Shown: positions 22,653-32,398 of the stretch, piece after piece
Layout: the number at the start of each line of letters is the position of its first letter
Numbering within the stretch: position 1 is the first letter of the stretch
DNA from: an uncultured delta proteobacterium
Lineage (GTDB): Bacteria; Myxococcota_A; UBA9160; SMWR01
DNA length: 64,000 nucleotides
Assembly (NCBI GenBank): GCA_963832165.1
Contig: CAWHTE010000007.1
Location: 192,001-256,000 of the forward strand
Direction of reading: 5' to 3'
Notes under the pieces: model-generated
Told to the model about the DNA's origin: nothing
The model's input: the letters and a program-made list of their open reading frames with translations, nothing else
Database searches by the model: none
Position numbers and translations under genes: made by a program

Positions 22653-24209
22653 CTACGGGCGCGCCGAGTAGGCGCGCGGGCCCCGCTGGAGCGCGAGCAC
22701 GGGCTGGATCTCGTCGATCCAGTCGCACAGTCGCGCGCGCGTCTCGCGCGGGTCGATCAGATCGTGGACGCCGAACGCCTCGGCGCGCGGGAACACCGAC
22801 TGCGCGCGCGCGTACTCGCGCTCGAGCTCGCGGCGGCGCGCGTCGGGGTCTGCGGCTTGCGCGATCTCGCGGCCGTGCGCGAGCTCGACGCCGCTCTCGA
22901 GCGGCATCGAGCCGCTCTGCGCCGATGGCCACGCCACCACCGTGCCGCTCGGTCCGAGGTGCAGCCCCGCCGCGACGCCGAAGCTCTTGCGCACCACCAC
23001 GGTGAACCACGGCACGATCGTCTGGTTGACCGCGAACATCGCCTCCATGCCGTAGCGAATCGTCGCGGCCCTCTCGGCGTCGGTGCCGATCATGAAGCCC
23101 GGCTCGTCCATCAGCGACACGATCGGCAGATGGAAGTTGTCGCAGAGCTCGAGGAACCGGCGCAGCTTCTGCGCTCCCTCCGCGGTCATGCTGCCGCCGT
23201 ACACGTACGGATCGTTCGCGAACACTCCCACCGGGTGGCCCGCCACGCGCGCGAGGCCCGTGATCTGCGTGCGGCCGTAGCCGGGCGTGAGCTCGAAGAA
23301 CGACGAGAGGTCGACGACCGCCTCGACGATCCGGCGCATCTTGTAGGCGCGGCGGCTCTCGCGCGGGACGATCGCGAGCAACTTCTGCTCGGCGCGATCG
23401 CGCGGATCGTCGCACGCGCGCACGGGCGCACCTTCCCAGACGTTCGACGGCAGGTAGGAGAGGAACGCACGGATCTGGCGGAACACGTCCGCTTCGTCCT
23501 CTGCGACGTTGTCGACCACGCCGCTCCTTCCGTGCACGTCGGCGCCGCCGAGCTCGTCCTTGTCGACCGCTTCGCCCGTGGCGCGCGCGACGAGCGCGGG
23601 CCCGCCCACGATCACCTGGGAGGTCTTGCGCGTCATGAGCGAGAAGTGCGCCGCGACGAGCCGCCCCGCGGCGTAGCCCGCGACCGGGCCCAGCGCCGCC
23701 GCGACCATCGGGACCGTGGCGCGCGCCTCCAGCAGAGCGTGGTTGGAGCTCGCACCCGCGACGAAGTCGTAGCCCGAGCGTCCTTTCACGCCGGTGATTC
23801 CGGAGACCGATGCGCCGCCGGCCTCGAGCAGGCGCACGTTGGGAACGCGCAGTCGCGCAGAATGACGATCCGCGTACTCCGCCTTCTGCATACCGGCGGG
23901 CGAGTAGGTGCCGCCGCGCAGCGTGAAATCGTCGCCGCAGATCACGACGGGGCGGCCGTCGATCTTCGCGGTTCCGATCACGGCGTTGGTCGGCGAGAAG
24001 TCGACGAGGTTGCCCTCGGCGTCGGTCTCGGAAACACCCGCGATCCCGCCCTGCTCGCGGAACGTTCCCTTGTCGGCGAGCGCGTCGATGCGCTCGCGCA
24101 CGGTGAGCCGCCCGCGCGCGTGCTGCTTGGTGATCGCCTCGGCACCGCCGAGCTCCGCAGCTGCGGCGCGGCGCTTGCGCAGCTCTTCGACTTCGCGTTC
24201 CCAGCTCAC
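22653..24209 (-). CDS. Acyl-CoA carboxylase carboxyltransferase subunit
   Basis: GRLTVRERI, DDFTLRGG, ELGGADVHGRSGVVD, DEPGFMIG; GTG start after GGAG. Confidence 0.92.
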   Translation of the reverse strand: MSWEREVEELRKRRAAAAELGGAEAITKQHARGRLTVRERIDALADKGTFREQGGIAGVSETDAEGNLVDFSPTNAVIGTAKIDGRPVVICGDDFTLRGGTYSPAGMQKAEYADRHSARLRVPNVRLLEAGGASVSGITGVKGRSGYDFVAGASSNHALLEARATVPMVAAALGPVAGYAAGRLVAAHFSLMTRKTSQVIVGGPALVARATGEAVDKDELGGADVHGRSGVVDNVAEDEADVFRQIRAFLSYLPSNVWEGAPVRACDDPRDRAEQKLLAIVPRESRRAYKMRRIVEAVVDLSSFFELTPGYGRTQITGLARVAGHPVGVFANDPYVYGGSMTAEGAQKLRRFLELCDNFHLPIVSLMDEPGFMIGTDAERAATIRYGMEAMFAVNQTIVPWFTVVVRKSFGVAAGLHLGPSGTVVAWPSAQSGSMPLESGVELAHGREIAQAADPDARRRELEREYARAQSVFPRAEAFGVHDLIDPRETRARLCDWIDEIQPVLALQRGPRAYSARP

Positions 24210-24286
24210 GTGCTCTCCACTGCCTCTCGATGGCCGCATTCTACCGCCGCTTGCTGCTGCTGGGCCCGGCATGCACCATGCGCGCG

Positions 24287-25507
24287 ATGAAGCCGCTCGA
24301 GGGATGCCGCGTCGTGGATGCGAGCCGCATCGTCTCGGGTCCCGTGTGCGGATGGCTGCTCGCGTCGCTGGGCGCCGAGGTGATCCGCGTCGAGCCTCCG
24401 GGCGGCGACGTGACCTGGCAGGTGCCGCCCTGGATCGGACCCTCGGGCGTGCACCGAGAAGGGCGCGGCGAGCGCGACCTCGCCCTATCGCCCCTGCGGC
24501 GCCAGCGCGGCAAGCGCAGCGTGGTGCTCGACCTCAAGAACGCGGCGGGCCTCGACGTGTTCCGTCGGCTGCTGCTCGCGAGCGACGTGCTGATCGAGAA
24601 CTTCGTGCCGGGCGCGCTCGCCCGGCTCGGACTCGACGATGCAGAGCTCGAGCGACTCCACCCGCGCCTCGTGCACTGCAGCATCACGGGCTACGGCCAC
24701 GACGGCCCGTACGCGAACCGCTCGAGCCTCGACCTCGTCGTGCAGGCGATGTCGGGACTCCTGGCGAAGACCGGCTTCCCGGACGGACCGCCCACCAAGG
24801 TGGGTGCGACGGTCGGCGATCAGGTGCCCGCGATCTACGCGGCGCTCGGCATCGTCGCCGCACTGCGCCAGCGCGACCGCGACGGCCGCGGCCAGAAAGT
24901 GGACGTCGCGATGCTCGACGCGCTCGTGAGCCTGCTCTGGGACGAGCCGCTCGACGAATACGAGCGACAGGGCGTGCCCGAGCGCGTCGGCAATGGCGAC
25001 CCGCGCGGTGCTCCGCTCGACGTGTTCCGCACGTCGGACGGCTGGGCGGCCGTGGTGGTGACGAGTCAGCGACAGTGGGAGCAGATCTGCGAGGTGATCG
25101 GCCGACCCGAGCTCGCGCATCGCTATGCGACGCTCGCCGATCGCGCCCGTGAAGGCCGAGCGGTCAACGACGCGGTGGCGCAGTGGTGCGCGCGCCACTC
25201 CACCGACGAAGTCGTGACGCGCTTTCTCGCGATCGAAGTGCCCGTGGGTCCCGTGCGCGGAGCATTCAGCGCGCGCGAGGATCCGCAGGTCCGACACCGC
25301 GGTGCGTTGGTGCCGCTGCTCCACCCCGATCGCGCGGAGCCGACCGGCTATCTCGGCGCCGCGTTTCCGGTGCGGCTCTCGCGCGCCGACACGAGCACGC
25401 CGCCCGCCGACCCGCTCGGCGCAAGCACGGCGGCCGTGCTGGCCGACGTGCTCGACCTCTCCGAGAGCGAGATCGCCGCGCTGCGGGCCGCGGGCGCGCT
25501 GGGTTAG
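24287..25507 (+). CDS. CaiB/BaiF family CoA-transferase
   Basis: KPLEGCRVVD, LGAEVIRVEPPGGD, RGKRSVVLDLK, ENFVPG, SITGYG. Confidence 0.92.
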   Translation: MKPLEGCRVVDASRIVSGPVCGWLLASLGAEVIRVEPPGGDVTWQVPPWIGPSGVHREGRGERDLALSPLRRQRGKRSVVLDLKNAAGLDVFRRLLLASDVLIENFVPGALARLGLDDAELERLHPRLVHCSITGYGHDGPYANRSSLDLVVQAMSGLLAKTGFPDGPPTKVGATVGDQVPAIYAALGIVAALRQRDRDGRGQKVDVAMLDALVSLLWDEPLDEYERQGVPERVGNGDPRGAPLDVFRTSDGWAAVVVTSQRQWEQICEVIGRPELAHRYATLADRAREGRAVNDAVAQWCARHSTDEVVTRFLAIEVPVGPVRGAFSAREDPQVRHRGALVPLLHPDRAEPTGYLGAAFPVRLSRADTSTPPADPLGASTAAVLADVLDLSESEIAALRAAGALG

Positions 25508-27897
25508 CGAGGCGCGCGTCGACGCGCGAGTGCGGCGAGCACGGCGGCGCCGCTCGCGAGCAGCGCGAGCGACGACGGCTCGGGAAGCGGCTCGTACCAG
25601 ATCGGCGAGGCCCACGCGCGCTCCTCCACGGTATCGAAGGGCGTGACGGGCGATGCGCCTGCGAAGCCGAGCGAGTCTGCATTGCGCTCGATCGCGCAGC
25701 AGCCCTCATAGCCGCGCCAGTGCGACCACTCCCCCGAGAACACGCCGTTGCCGTCTAGCTTCGAGCAGTCGACCGGAGCGCCCGGCGCGCGCACGTGACA
25801 CTGCCAGGCGGTGTAGCGGCAGGTCGGGATCTCGAACGCGCGCGCGTAGTAGTAGGCGTCCTGGCTCGGATCGAATTCCGGGTCGCGCCAGAGCGCGCAC
25901 AGCCGCTCGGGATGCGTGGCCACGTTCACCGAGCAGTCCCCGTTCGGCTTGGTGACGGGTGCGCTCGTCGACGACACGTCAAAGGTCTTGGTCTTGAGCT
26001 CACCGTTCTCGACCCAGCCCTTCACGATGTCAGTGCGCTGGAGCGGGACCGCCTGCGCGCGGCCGAACGCCGGATCGTCGAGCGGATCCTGGCGCGCCCA
26101 CACGATCAGCGCGGGCGCCCGCTCCGGATCGGCATGCGGCGGGAGCACGCCGCCCATCGCGACACCTTCGAGTGCGCCCGAGTCGAGCGGGCTGCGTCCC
26201 TGATCGAGCGCATTGCACCAACCCTGGATCTGCTGCGACTCGAGGTCGTCCCAGGTCGCGAGCGCGCGGATCTCCATCCGCGTGCCCGAAGTCCCGAACG
26301 CCTCGCGGCGCTTCATCGCCGAGAACAGCGCGTCGCGCGTGTTCTCCTCGGCCCACAGCCCCGCGAGCCCGCCCGGGTTGAGCGGCCGGCTCCAATCGAG
26401 GAACTCGCGATCCTGGCAGTTCGTGTTTGCGTTCGGATCGCCCGGAGAAAGCGGATCGGCCTCGTTCGAGCAGCTCCAGAAGCCGAGCTGTTTCTTCGCC
26501 TCGTTGTCGAGCAGCCCTCCGTGTCCCTCGAACACCGCTTCCTGGGTGTTGCCGGCGGTTCCATTGTGATTGTCGCTCGAGCCGATGAAGCCGCCCTGAT
26601 ACGGATTGACGCCGACCACCGAGCGCATGCGGAGCCCGGCGATGTAGGAGTTGCGGACCATGTCCCACGGCGTCGTGCAGTCCTCGGGAGTGCTCGCGCC
26701 ATCGGGGGCCGCGGCGTCACAGCGCACATTGTCGGAGCTGCCCATCGTGAGATTCCGACACCAGGGCGCGTCGCTCGCGGGATTCGGCGGTGTCGAACAC
26801 CAGGCCGCGCATTGGGCCGGCAGCGTGCCGCCGTTCTTCGCGCGCGACTGCGGACCGCACACGTGCTTGTACTGTTCGAAGCCGCACGAAGTCTCCTCGC
26901 CCTCGAGAAAGTCGTTCAGGCCGGCTGCGCACTCCGACTGGCCCTTGTGCTGCGAGATCTCGACGAGCCGGTCCATGTCGTGGCGCGTCAGCGCGTCCTG
27001 TGGAGTCAGCGGAAGCGCGTCGCGCGCGATCGGCAGCCCCGTCAGCGGATCGGGCGGCAGGAACATCCGGCCGTCGGACAGATTGGGATTGTGTGGGATC
27101 GTGAGCACCTCACAGCCGGCGACGCCGATGCACTCGTTCTTCAGGTGATCGAAAAGCTTCCACTCGTCGTTCACGTTGGGATCGCCCTCGACCAGGTAGC
27201 CGCCGAAGTTCGTCGAGGGGAACACGTCGGCGGGACGCACGGTCCCGTTGAAGATCACGTTGCGGTGAAGCATCTGGCCGTTCTTGTTCGAGCTGAACTC
27301 GTAGCCGTCGAAGGTCGTGAACGAGCAGGGCTCGTTCTCCTCATCGTTCATCAGCTGGATGTCCTGCCAGGCGGTCCGACGGATCAGCTGCTGCTGCTCG
27401 AGCGTGCCGAGTACGATTGCCGTGGTCGGCGGAGTGTTGCCGCGCGCAAGCTCGCGGATGTTGTCGCGTGTGTTCTGCCCGAGCAGCTCGCAGACCGGAT
27501 TCGCTCCGGGGGGCAGCAGCCCGCCGGGACCGCCCTCGCAGACGTAGATCCAGCCGCCCAGGAACTCGGCGTGATCGGTCACGGCGGCGAAGTCGAGCGG
27601 GCGGTCGATCCGGACCGTGTGATCGCAGGTGTGGGGATCGCTGCTGTTGCCTCCGGCCGGCACCATGCACGCGGGCTCGCCCTTCGCGAAGCGCACCGCA
27701 TCGCGCGGGCTGTTGTTCGAGTTGAAGAAATAGGTGTCCAGCGAGTAGTTCGTGTGGATGTGGAGATCGCCGAAGAACGCCTGCTTCTTGCCGGACTCGC
27801 TTCCGAGGCACGACGGCGCGCCGAGCGCGGCCGAGGGCGACAGCGCCGCGAACAAGACCAGTGCGATGGTTGCGGGCAGAGCTCTCTTCGGGGGCAT
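25504..27897 (-). CDS. DUF3604-family protein with C-terminal PEP-CTERM sorting signal
   Basis: Signal peptide; FGDLHIHT, TDHAE, LHRNVIF, IPHNPNLS, GSSDNH, EERAWASPIWY; ends LPEPSSLALLASGAAVLAALARRR. Confidence 0.9.
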   Translation of the reverse strand: MPPKRALPATIALVLFAALSPSAALGAPSCLGSESGKKQAFFGDLHIHTNYSLDTYFFNSNNSPRDAVRFAKGEPACMVPAGGNSSDPHTCDHTVRIDRPLDFAAVTDHAEFLGGWIYVCEGGPGGLLPPGANPVCELLGQNTRDNIRELARGNTPPTTAIVLGTLEQQQLIRRTAWQDIQLMNDEENEPCSFTTFDGYEFSSNKNGQMLHRNVIFNGTVRPADVFPSTNFGGYLVEGDPNVNDEWKLFDHLKNECIGVAGCEVLTIPHNPNLSDGRMFLPPDPLTGLPIARDALPLTPQDALTRHDMDRLVEISQHKGQSECAAGLNDFLEGEETSCGFEQYKHVCGPQSRAKNGGTLPAQCAAWCSTPPNPASDAPWCRNLTMGSSDNVRCDAAAPDGASTPEDCTTPWDMVRNSYIAGLRMRSVVGVNPYQGGFIGSSDNHNGTAGNTQEAVFEGHGGLLDNEAKKQLGFWSCSNEADPLSPGDPNANTNCQDREFLDWSRPLNPGGLAGLWAEENTRDALFSAMKRREAFGTSGTRMEIRALATWDDLESQQIQGWCNALDQGRSPLDSGALEGVAMGGVLPPHADPERAPALIVWARQDPLDDPAFGRAQAVPLQRTDIVKGWVENGELKTKTFDVSSTSAPVTKPNGDCSVNVATHPERLCALWRDPEFDPSQDAYYYARAFEIPTCRYTAWQCHVRAPGAPVDCSKLDGNGVFSGEWSHWRGYEGCCAIERNADSLGFAGASPVTPFDTVEERAWASPIWYEPLPEPSSLALLASGAAVLAALARRRAPR

Positions 27898-27996
27898 CGG
27901 GAGCCTCGGGTACGGCGGGATCGAGGTCCGCCACTCTAAGGCCCGCGACCGCCCGGATTCAATGAGTGCTCGGTTAGGCTCCCAAACGGTCGGGGG

Positions 27997-29025
27997 TTAC
28001 CCGCCCCAACCCGCCTCGACGCGCGCGATCGTCCAGTAGGCCGCCACGGCCCCGATCGCGGCCGTCGCAATCGGCAGCGGCAGTCGCAGCCGCGACGGCA
28101 ACACGCGGCGCGCGGCGAACGCGCCCACGGCGATCACGGATACGAACAGCAGCTGGCCGGCCTCGACACCCAGATTGAACGCGAGCAGCGCAGCGCCGCG
28201 CGCCGACTCCGGGAGGCCCATCTGCTCCAGTGCGCCTGCGAAGCCGAAGCCGTGGAGCAGGCCGAACGCGAAGGCGACGAGCCACGGGCGCTCGAACGTG
28301 TACGACCGCCGTGTGCGCGAAGGAGCCACCGCGAGCTCGACGGCCAGCAGCAGGATGCTCGCGGGAATCGCGGCCTCGACCACGCGGTCGGGCAGCCGTG
28401 CGCCGCCCAGGATCGCCAGCGCGAGAGTGAGACTGTGAGCGGCAGTGAAGGCCGTGATCGTGCCGACGAGGGTGCTCGTCGAAGCGCGCGCGACCCGCAG
28501 GATCAGCATCAGGCACAGCACGAAGAGCAGGTGATCGGGGCCCGTGAGGATGTGCAGGATGCCGATCGGGAAGTAGGCCGCGACGCCGCGCGCGGGGTCG
28601 CGTCCCTCCGGCCCGAACACGAACGCCGTGTGGCTCGAATCGAGCACGGCGACGCGCAGCGTCCCATCGGCGAAGCGCATCGATACCGCGGCGTCCGGGA
28701 CCAGCGGAGAAAGACCGTCGATCGACACGCGCCGCCCGCGCAGGCCGCCCTCGCACTCGAGCGCGAAGCGCCGGATCAGCGCTTCGGAAGTTCGCTCGCC
28801 CTGCGACGGGCCGATCAGCGAGCACGCCTTCGGGAATCGCGGAATCACGGGTACGGCGAAGCCCTGCTCCTGGACCGGGATCTTCATCGTCACCTCGACC
28901 GCGCTGCCGCTCGTCTCGCGCAGGTCGAGGAACATCGAGCGGAACGAGTGGCCCGCAGCCGGCGCGCCCAGCAGCAGGACCAGCGCGATACCGGTGAGAA
29001 TCCAGACTGCGTGGCGCCCGTTCAA
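27997..29025 (-). CDS. HupE/UreJ-family membrane protein
   Basis: GILHILTGPDHLLF, FTAAHSLTL, FGLLHGFGFA, FNLGVEAGQ; TTG start overlapping the upstream stop is inferred. Confidence 0.88.
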   Translation of the reverse strand: MNGRHAVWILTGIALVLLLGAPAAGHSFRSMFLDLRETSGSAVEVTMKIPVQEQGFAVPVIPRFPKACSLIGPSQGERTSEALIRRFALECEGGLRGRRVSIDGLSPLVPDAAVSMRFADGTLRVAVLDSSHTAFVFGPEGRDPARGVAAYFPIGILHILTGPDHLLFVLCLMLILRVARASTSTLVGTITAFTAAHSLTLALAILGGARLPDRVVEAAIPASILLLAVELAVAPSRTRRSYTFERPWLVAFAFGLLHGFGFAGALEQMGLPESARGAALLAFNLGVEAGQLLFVSVIAVGAFAARRVLPSRLRLPLPIATAAIGAVAAYWTIARVEAGWGG

Positions 29026-29879
29026 TCGGACTCCTCGGGCGCGTGCACCGCGATCGGATAGCGCGCGATCATCGCCTCGATCGCCTCGCGGTCGAGCGCC
29101 GCGCGGCGCTCGATCCGCCAGTCGCGCGCGAGCTTGTCGCGTACCTCGGTGAGATCCGCGGACCGCCCGGGCTCGCGCGCCGTGATGCGGACGAGGTGCA
29201 TGCCGAGGCTCGATGCGATCGGCCCCTGCCACGCGCCGATCGGAAGCGAGTCGAGCGCGGCGGCGAACGCGCCGCCGTAGCGATCGCGCAGAGCGTCGGA
29301 CGTGGCCGCGGAGACGACCGGACCCGTGGGCGCGGAGTCGCCGAGCTCGCGAAACCCCGCGCCGTCGATGCGCAGCTGCTCGAGCACTTGCGCGGCGTCG
29401 GCGACGAGCGACGCGCCGCGCCGTCCGCGCGAGAGAAACACCTGCTCGAAGCTCACGGTGGCCGCGTGGCCGTAGCGCATCGGATCCGCGTCGAGCAGCG
29501 CGCGCAGCTCGCCGTCACTGGGCTCCGCGACGGGATGAAGCTGTTCGAGCAGCTCCTGCATCTTCTGGGCGAGGCGGCGACGCACGATCACGTCGCCCGC
29601 ATCGAGGCCGATCCGCTGCGCCTCGCGCGTGAGCACCTCCTCTTCGATCCAGAGTCCGAGCACCGCGCGCAGCTGCGCGGGCGTCGGGATCTGGCGCGCT
29701 GCGTCCGGATAGCGATCGAGCAGCCGGCGCGCTTGCTCACCGCCGATGACGATCTCGGGCGTTCCGCCGCCCGGATCGCCCGATCGGAACAACGCATCCG
29801 CACCCAGCAGGGCGAGGCCGAACGCGAGGAAGAGCAGGAGAGGTTGCTCGGTCTGGAGCCGGGAGAGGAAGCGCCACAT
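29022..29879 (-). CDS. Parvulin/rotamase-like peptidyl-prolyl isomerase (PPIC-type), membrane anchored
   Basis: EEEVLTREA..GLD..D.IVRRRLAQKM and WQGPIASSLGMHLV, typical of the rotamase_2-type proteins found beside HupE and DUF3604 genes. Confidence 0.85.
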   Translation of the reverse strand: MWRFLSRLQTEQPLLLFLAFGLALLGADALFRSGDPGGGTPEIVIGGEQARRLLDRYPDAARQIPTPAQLRAVLGLWIEEEVLTREAQRIGLDAGDVIVRRRLAQKMQELLEQLHPVAEPSDGELRALLDADPMRYGHAATVSFEQVFLSRGRRGASLVADAAQVLEQLRIDGAGFRELGDSAPTGPVVSAATSDALRDRYGGAFAAALDSLPIGAWQGPIASSLGMHLVRITAREPGRSADLTEVRDKLARDWRIERRAALDREAIEAMIARYPIAVHAPEESD

Positions 29880-29967
29880 GCCCCCCTCCCTTTCCTTCGC
29901 GAAGTTCTGCGAGGCGTTCCGACGGGCCCAGTTTCCGGGCAGCCGCCGCGGGCCGTCAACTGGGCGA

Positions 29968-29997
29968 TTGACACGACCGCCAGCCGGGGGCTAAGGT
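29968..29997 (+). promoter_or_regulatory. Sigma70-type promoter of the amidohydrolase gene
   Basis: TTGACA (29968-29973), 18-bp spacer, TAAGGT (29992-29997). Confidence 0.6.
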
Positions 29998-30002
29998 GCG
30001 TT

Positions 30003-30019
30003 TCTGACGGTCCGTCAGA
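30003..30019. promoter_or_regulatory. Palindromic operator (TetR-like repressor site)
   Basis: TCTGACGG-T-CCGTCAGA, a perfect 8-bp inverted repeat over the predicted transcription start. Confidence 0.6.
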
Positions 30020-30054
30020 TTCTGCCTAACTCCCCCCGCCAGCGAGGAAACCCC

Positions 30055-31191
30055 ATGCGCGAATACCGACTGATCGACGCCGACTGCCATGTCGTCGAGC
30101 CGCCCCACATCTGGGAGCGCTGGCTGCCCAAGCAGTACCACGATCGCGCACCCAAGCTGGTGAAGGACGAGGAAGGCGGCGACGCGTGGCAGTTCGTGAA
30201 GGACGGGCCGCTCATGCACATCGGCCTCGTCGCGACGCCGGGCATGCGCTTCGAGGACATGAAGTGGAAGGGGTACACCTACGACACCGTCCGCCGGGGC
30301 TGCTGGGAGGGCAAGTCGCGCCTCGAGGACATGGACTTCGACGGCGTCGACGCCGAGTTCATCTACCCGTCGCAGCGCACGATGTTCTCGTTCATGGGCA
30401 ACCCCGACCGCGACTATCACCGCGCGGGTGTGCGCGCCTACAACGACTACATGGCGCAGGAGTTCTGTGCGGCGGACCCGGAGCGGCTGTTCTTTCTGGC
30501 CCAGATGCCGAACCTGGGCGTGAAGGAAGGGATCGAGGAGCTGAAGCGCTGCCGCGAGATGGGCGCGCGCGGCTGCATCATCACCGCGTGGCCGGCCGGC
30601 GAGGACGACGTCACCGCGAAGGACGACGAGTTCTTCCGCGCCGCCGCTGACTTCGGCATGCCCGTCTCGATCCACATCAACATCCAGCGCAAGCGCAACA
30701 CGAAGCAATCGATCGAGGGTCCGGCGGCGATCGCGGGCATGGCGCTCGGAGGCTTCCTGAACTTCCCGCCGATCATGTTCGAGCTGATCATGGGCGGCCT
30801 GTTCGACCGGATCCCGAAGCTCCAGATCATCGGCGTGGAGACCGAGATCGGCTGGATTCCCGAGGCGCTCGAGCAGGTCGACAACTTCTACTGGCGCAAC
30901 CGCACGCACACGGGCGTCAACATCCGCCACCTGCCGAGCCACTACTTCCGCGAGAACTTCACCTGCACGTTCATCCAGGACCGCACGGGCATCCGCAACC
31001 GCCACGCGATCGGGATCCGCAACATCGCGTGGTCGACGGACTACCCGCACCACGGCTGCGACTGGCCGTACAGCCGCAAGATCGTGGAGGAGACGATGCT
31101 GGACGTGCCCGCGAGCGAGCGGTACTGGATCTGCGCGGGCAACATGGTGTCGCTCTACGACCTGCCGCAGAGCCTGGCGGTACCGCGCTAG
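30055..31191 (+). CDS. Amidohydrolase family protein (amidohydro_2)
   Basis: IDADCHVVEP, RLEDMDFDGVDAE, PVSIH, WSTDYPH. Confidence 0.92.
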   Translation: MREYRLIDADCHVVEPPHIWERWLPKQYHDRAPKLVKDEEGGDAWQFVKDGPLMHIGLVATPGMRFEDMKWKGYTYDTVRRGCWEGKSRLEDMDFDGVDAEFIYPSQRTMFSFMGNPDRDYHRAGVRAYNDYMAQEFCAADPERLFFLAQMPNLGVKEGIEELKRCREMGARGCIITAWPAGEDDVTAKDDEFFRAAADFGMPVSIHINIQRKRNTKQSIEGPAAIAGMALGGFLNFPPIMFELIMGGLFDRIPKLQIIGVETEIGWIPEALEQVDNFYWRNRTHTGVNIRHLPSHYFRENFTCTFIQDRTGIRNRHAIGIRNIAWSTDYPHHGCDWPYSRKIVEETMLDVPASERYWICAGNMVSLYDLPQSLAVPR

Positions 31192-31219
31192 AACGCACAG
31201 ATCGAGCTAGCTTCCGCGC

Positions 31220-32341
31220 GTGCCCAAGCACGTCGGAATCCTCACGAGCGGCGGGGACTGTCCGGGGTTGAACGCGGCGCTGCGCGGCTTCGGCCGCGCG
31301 GCGATCCAGGCCCACGGCATGGAAGTGCTCGGCTTCCTCGATGGCTTCCGCGGCGTGGTGCGCGACCGCACCGTGAAGCTCGACCTGGCTTCGCTCTCGG
31401 GGATCCTCACCGACGGCGGGACGATCCTCGGCACGAGCCGCGACAAGCCGCACAAGATGCCCGTGGGCGGCAAGGTCCTCGACATGACCGATGCGGTGGT
31501 CGAGACCTACGCGAAACACCGCCTCGACTGCCTCGTGTGCATCGGCGGCGGCGGCACGCAGAAGAACGCGCTGCGGCTGCAGAAGGCGGGGCTCAACATC
31601 GTCACGCTGCCGAAGACGATCGACAACGACGTCGCAGAGACCGACGTGACGTTCGGTTTCGACACCGCGCTACAGATCGGCACCGAGGCGATCGATCGGC
31701 TGCACTCGACCGCCACGAGCCACAACCGGATCATCGTGGTCGAGCTGATGGGCCACCGCGCGGGCTGGCTCGCGCTCGGCGCCGGCATGGCGGGTGGCGC
31801 CGACGTGATCCTGATCCCCGAGATCCCCTACGACCTCGAGAAGGTGGCCGCCGCGATCACGGCGCGCAGCAAGGCCGGCAAGCACTTCAGCATCGTGGCG
31901 GTGGCCGAGGGCGCGATGAGCCGCGAGCAGCACGCGCGCGTGCAGAATCTGCTGCGCCGCCGCGAAGAAGCGAAGAGCAAGGACGGTCGGCGCTCGTACT
32001 CCGCTCAGCTCGAAGAGTTCCACCAGCGGCACACGGCTCACACGCTCGAGCTCTCCCAGCAGCTCGAGTCGCTCACGGGTCAGGAGTCGAGACTCACGAT
32101 CCTGGGCCACCTGCTGCGCGGCGGCACACCCTCGGCCGCCGACCGCGTGCTCGCGACGCGCGTGGGAACAGGGGCCGCGGAGCTCGTGGAGAACAAACGC
32201 TACGGAACGATGGCCGCCGTGCGCGGCGACCAGGTCGTAGCCGTTCCGCTCGAGGACGTGGCGGGCAAGAAGAAGCTGGTTCCGAAGGACCACCCCTGGC
32301 TCGCCGCGGCGCGGAGCGTGGATACCTGCTTCGGAGATTGA
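31220..32341 (+). CDS. pfkA: 6-phosphofructokinase (likely ATP-dependent)
   Basis: [47 protein letters not shown]. Confidence 0.93.
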   Translation: MPKHVGILTSGGDCPGLNAALRGFGRAAIQAHGMEVLGFLDGFRGVVRDRTVKLDLASLSGILTDGGTILGTSRDKPHKMPVGGKVLDMTDAVVETYAKHRLDCLVCIGGGGTQKNALRLQKAGLNIVTLPKTIDNDVAETDVTFGFDTALQIGTEAIDRLHSTATSHNRIIVVELMGHRAGWLALGAGMAGGADVILIPEIPYDLEKVAAAITARSKAGKHFSIVAVAEGAMSREQHARVQNLLRRREEAKSKDGRRSYSAQLEEFHQRHTAHTLELSQQLESLTGQESRLTILGHLLRGGTPSAADRVLATRVGTGAAELVENKRYGTMAAVRGDQVVAVPLEDVAGKKKLVPKDHPWLAAARSVDTCFGD

Positions 32342-32398
32342 GGAAAGTCGGGTCGCCGCCCTAGCGCTGAACGGAGTAAGCTGAGCGGCGAGGCCCCG

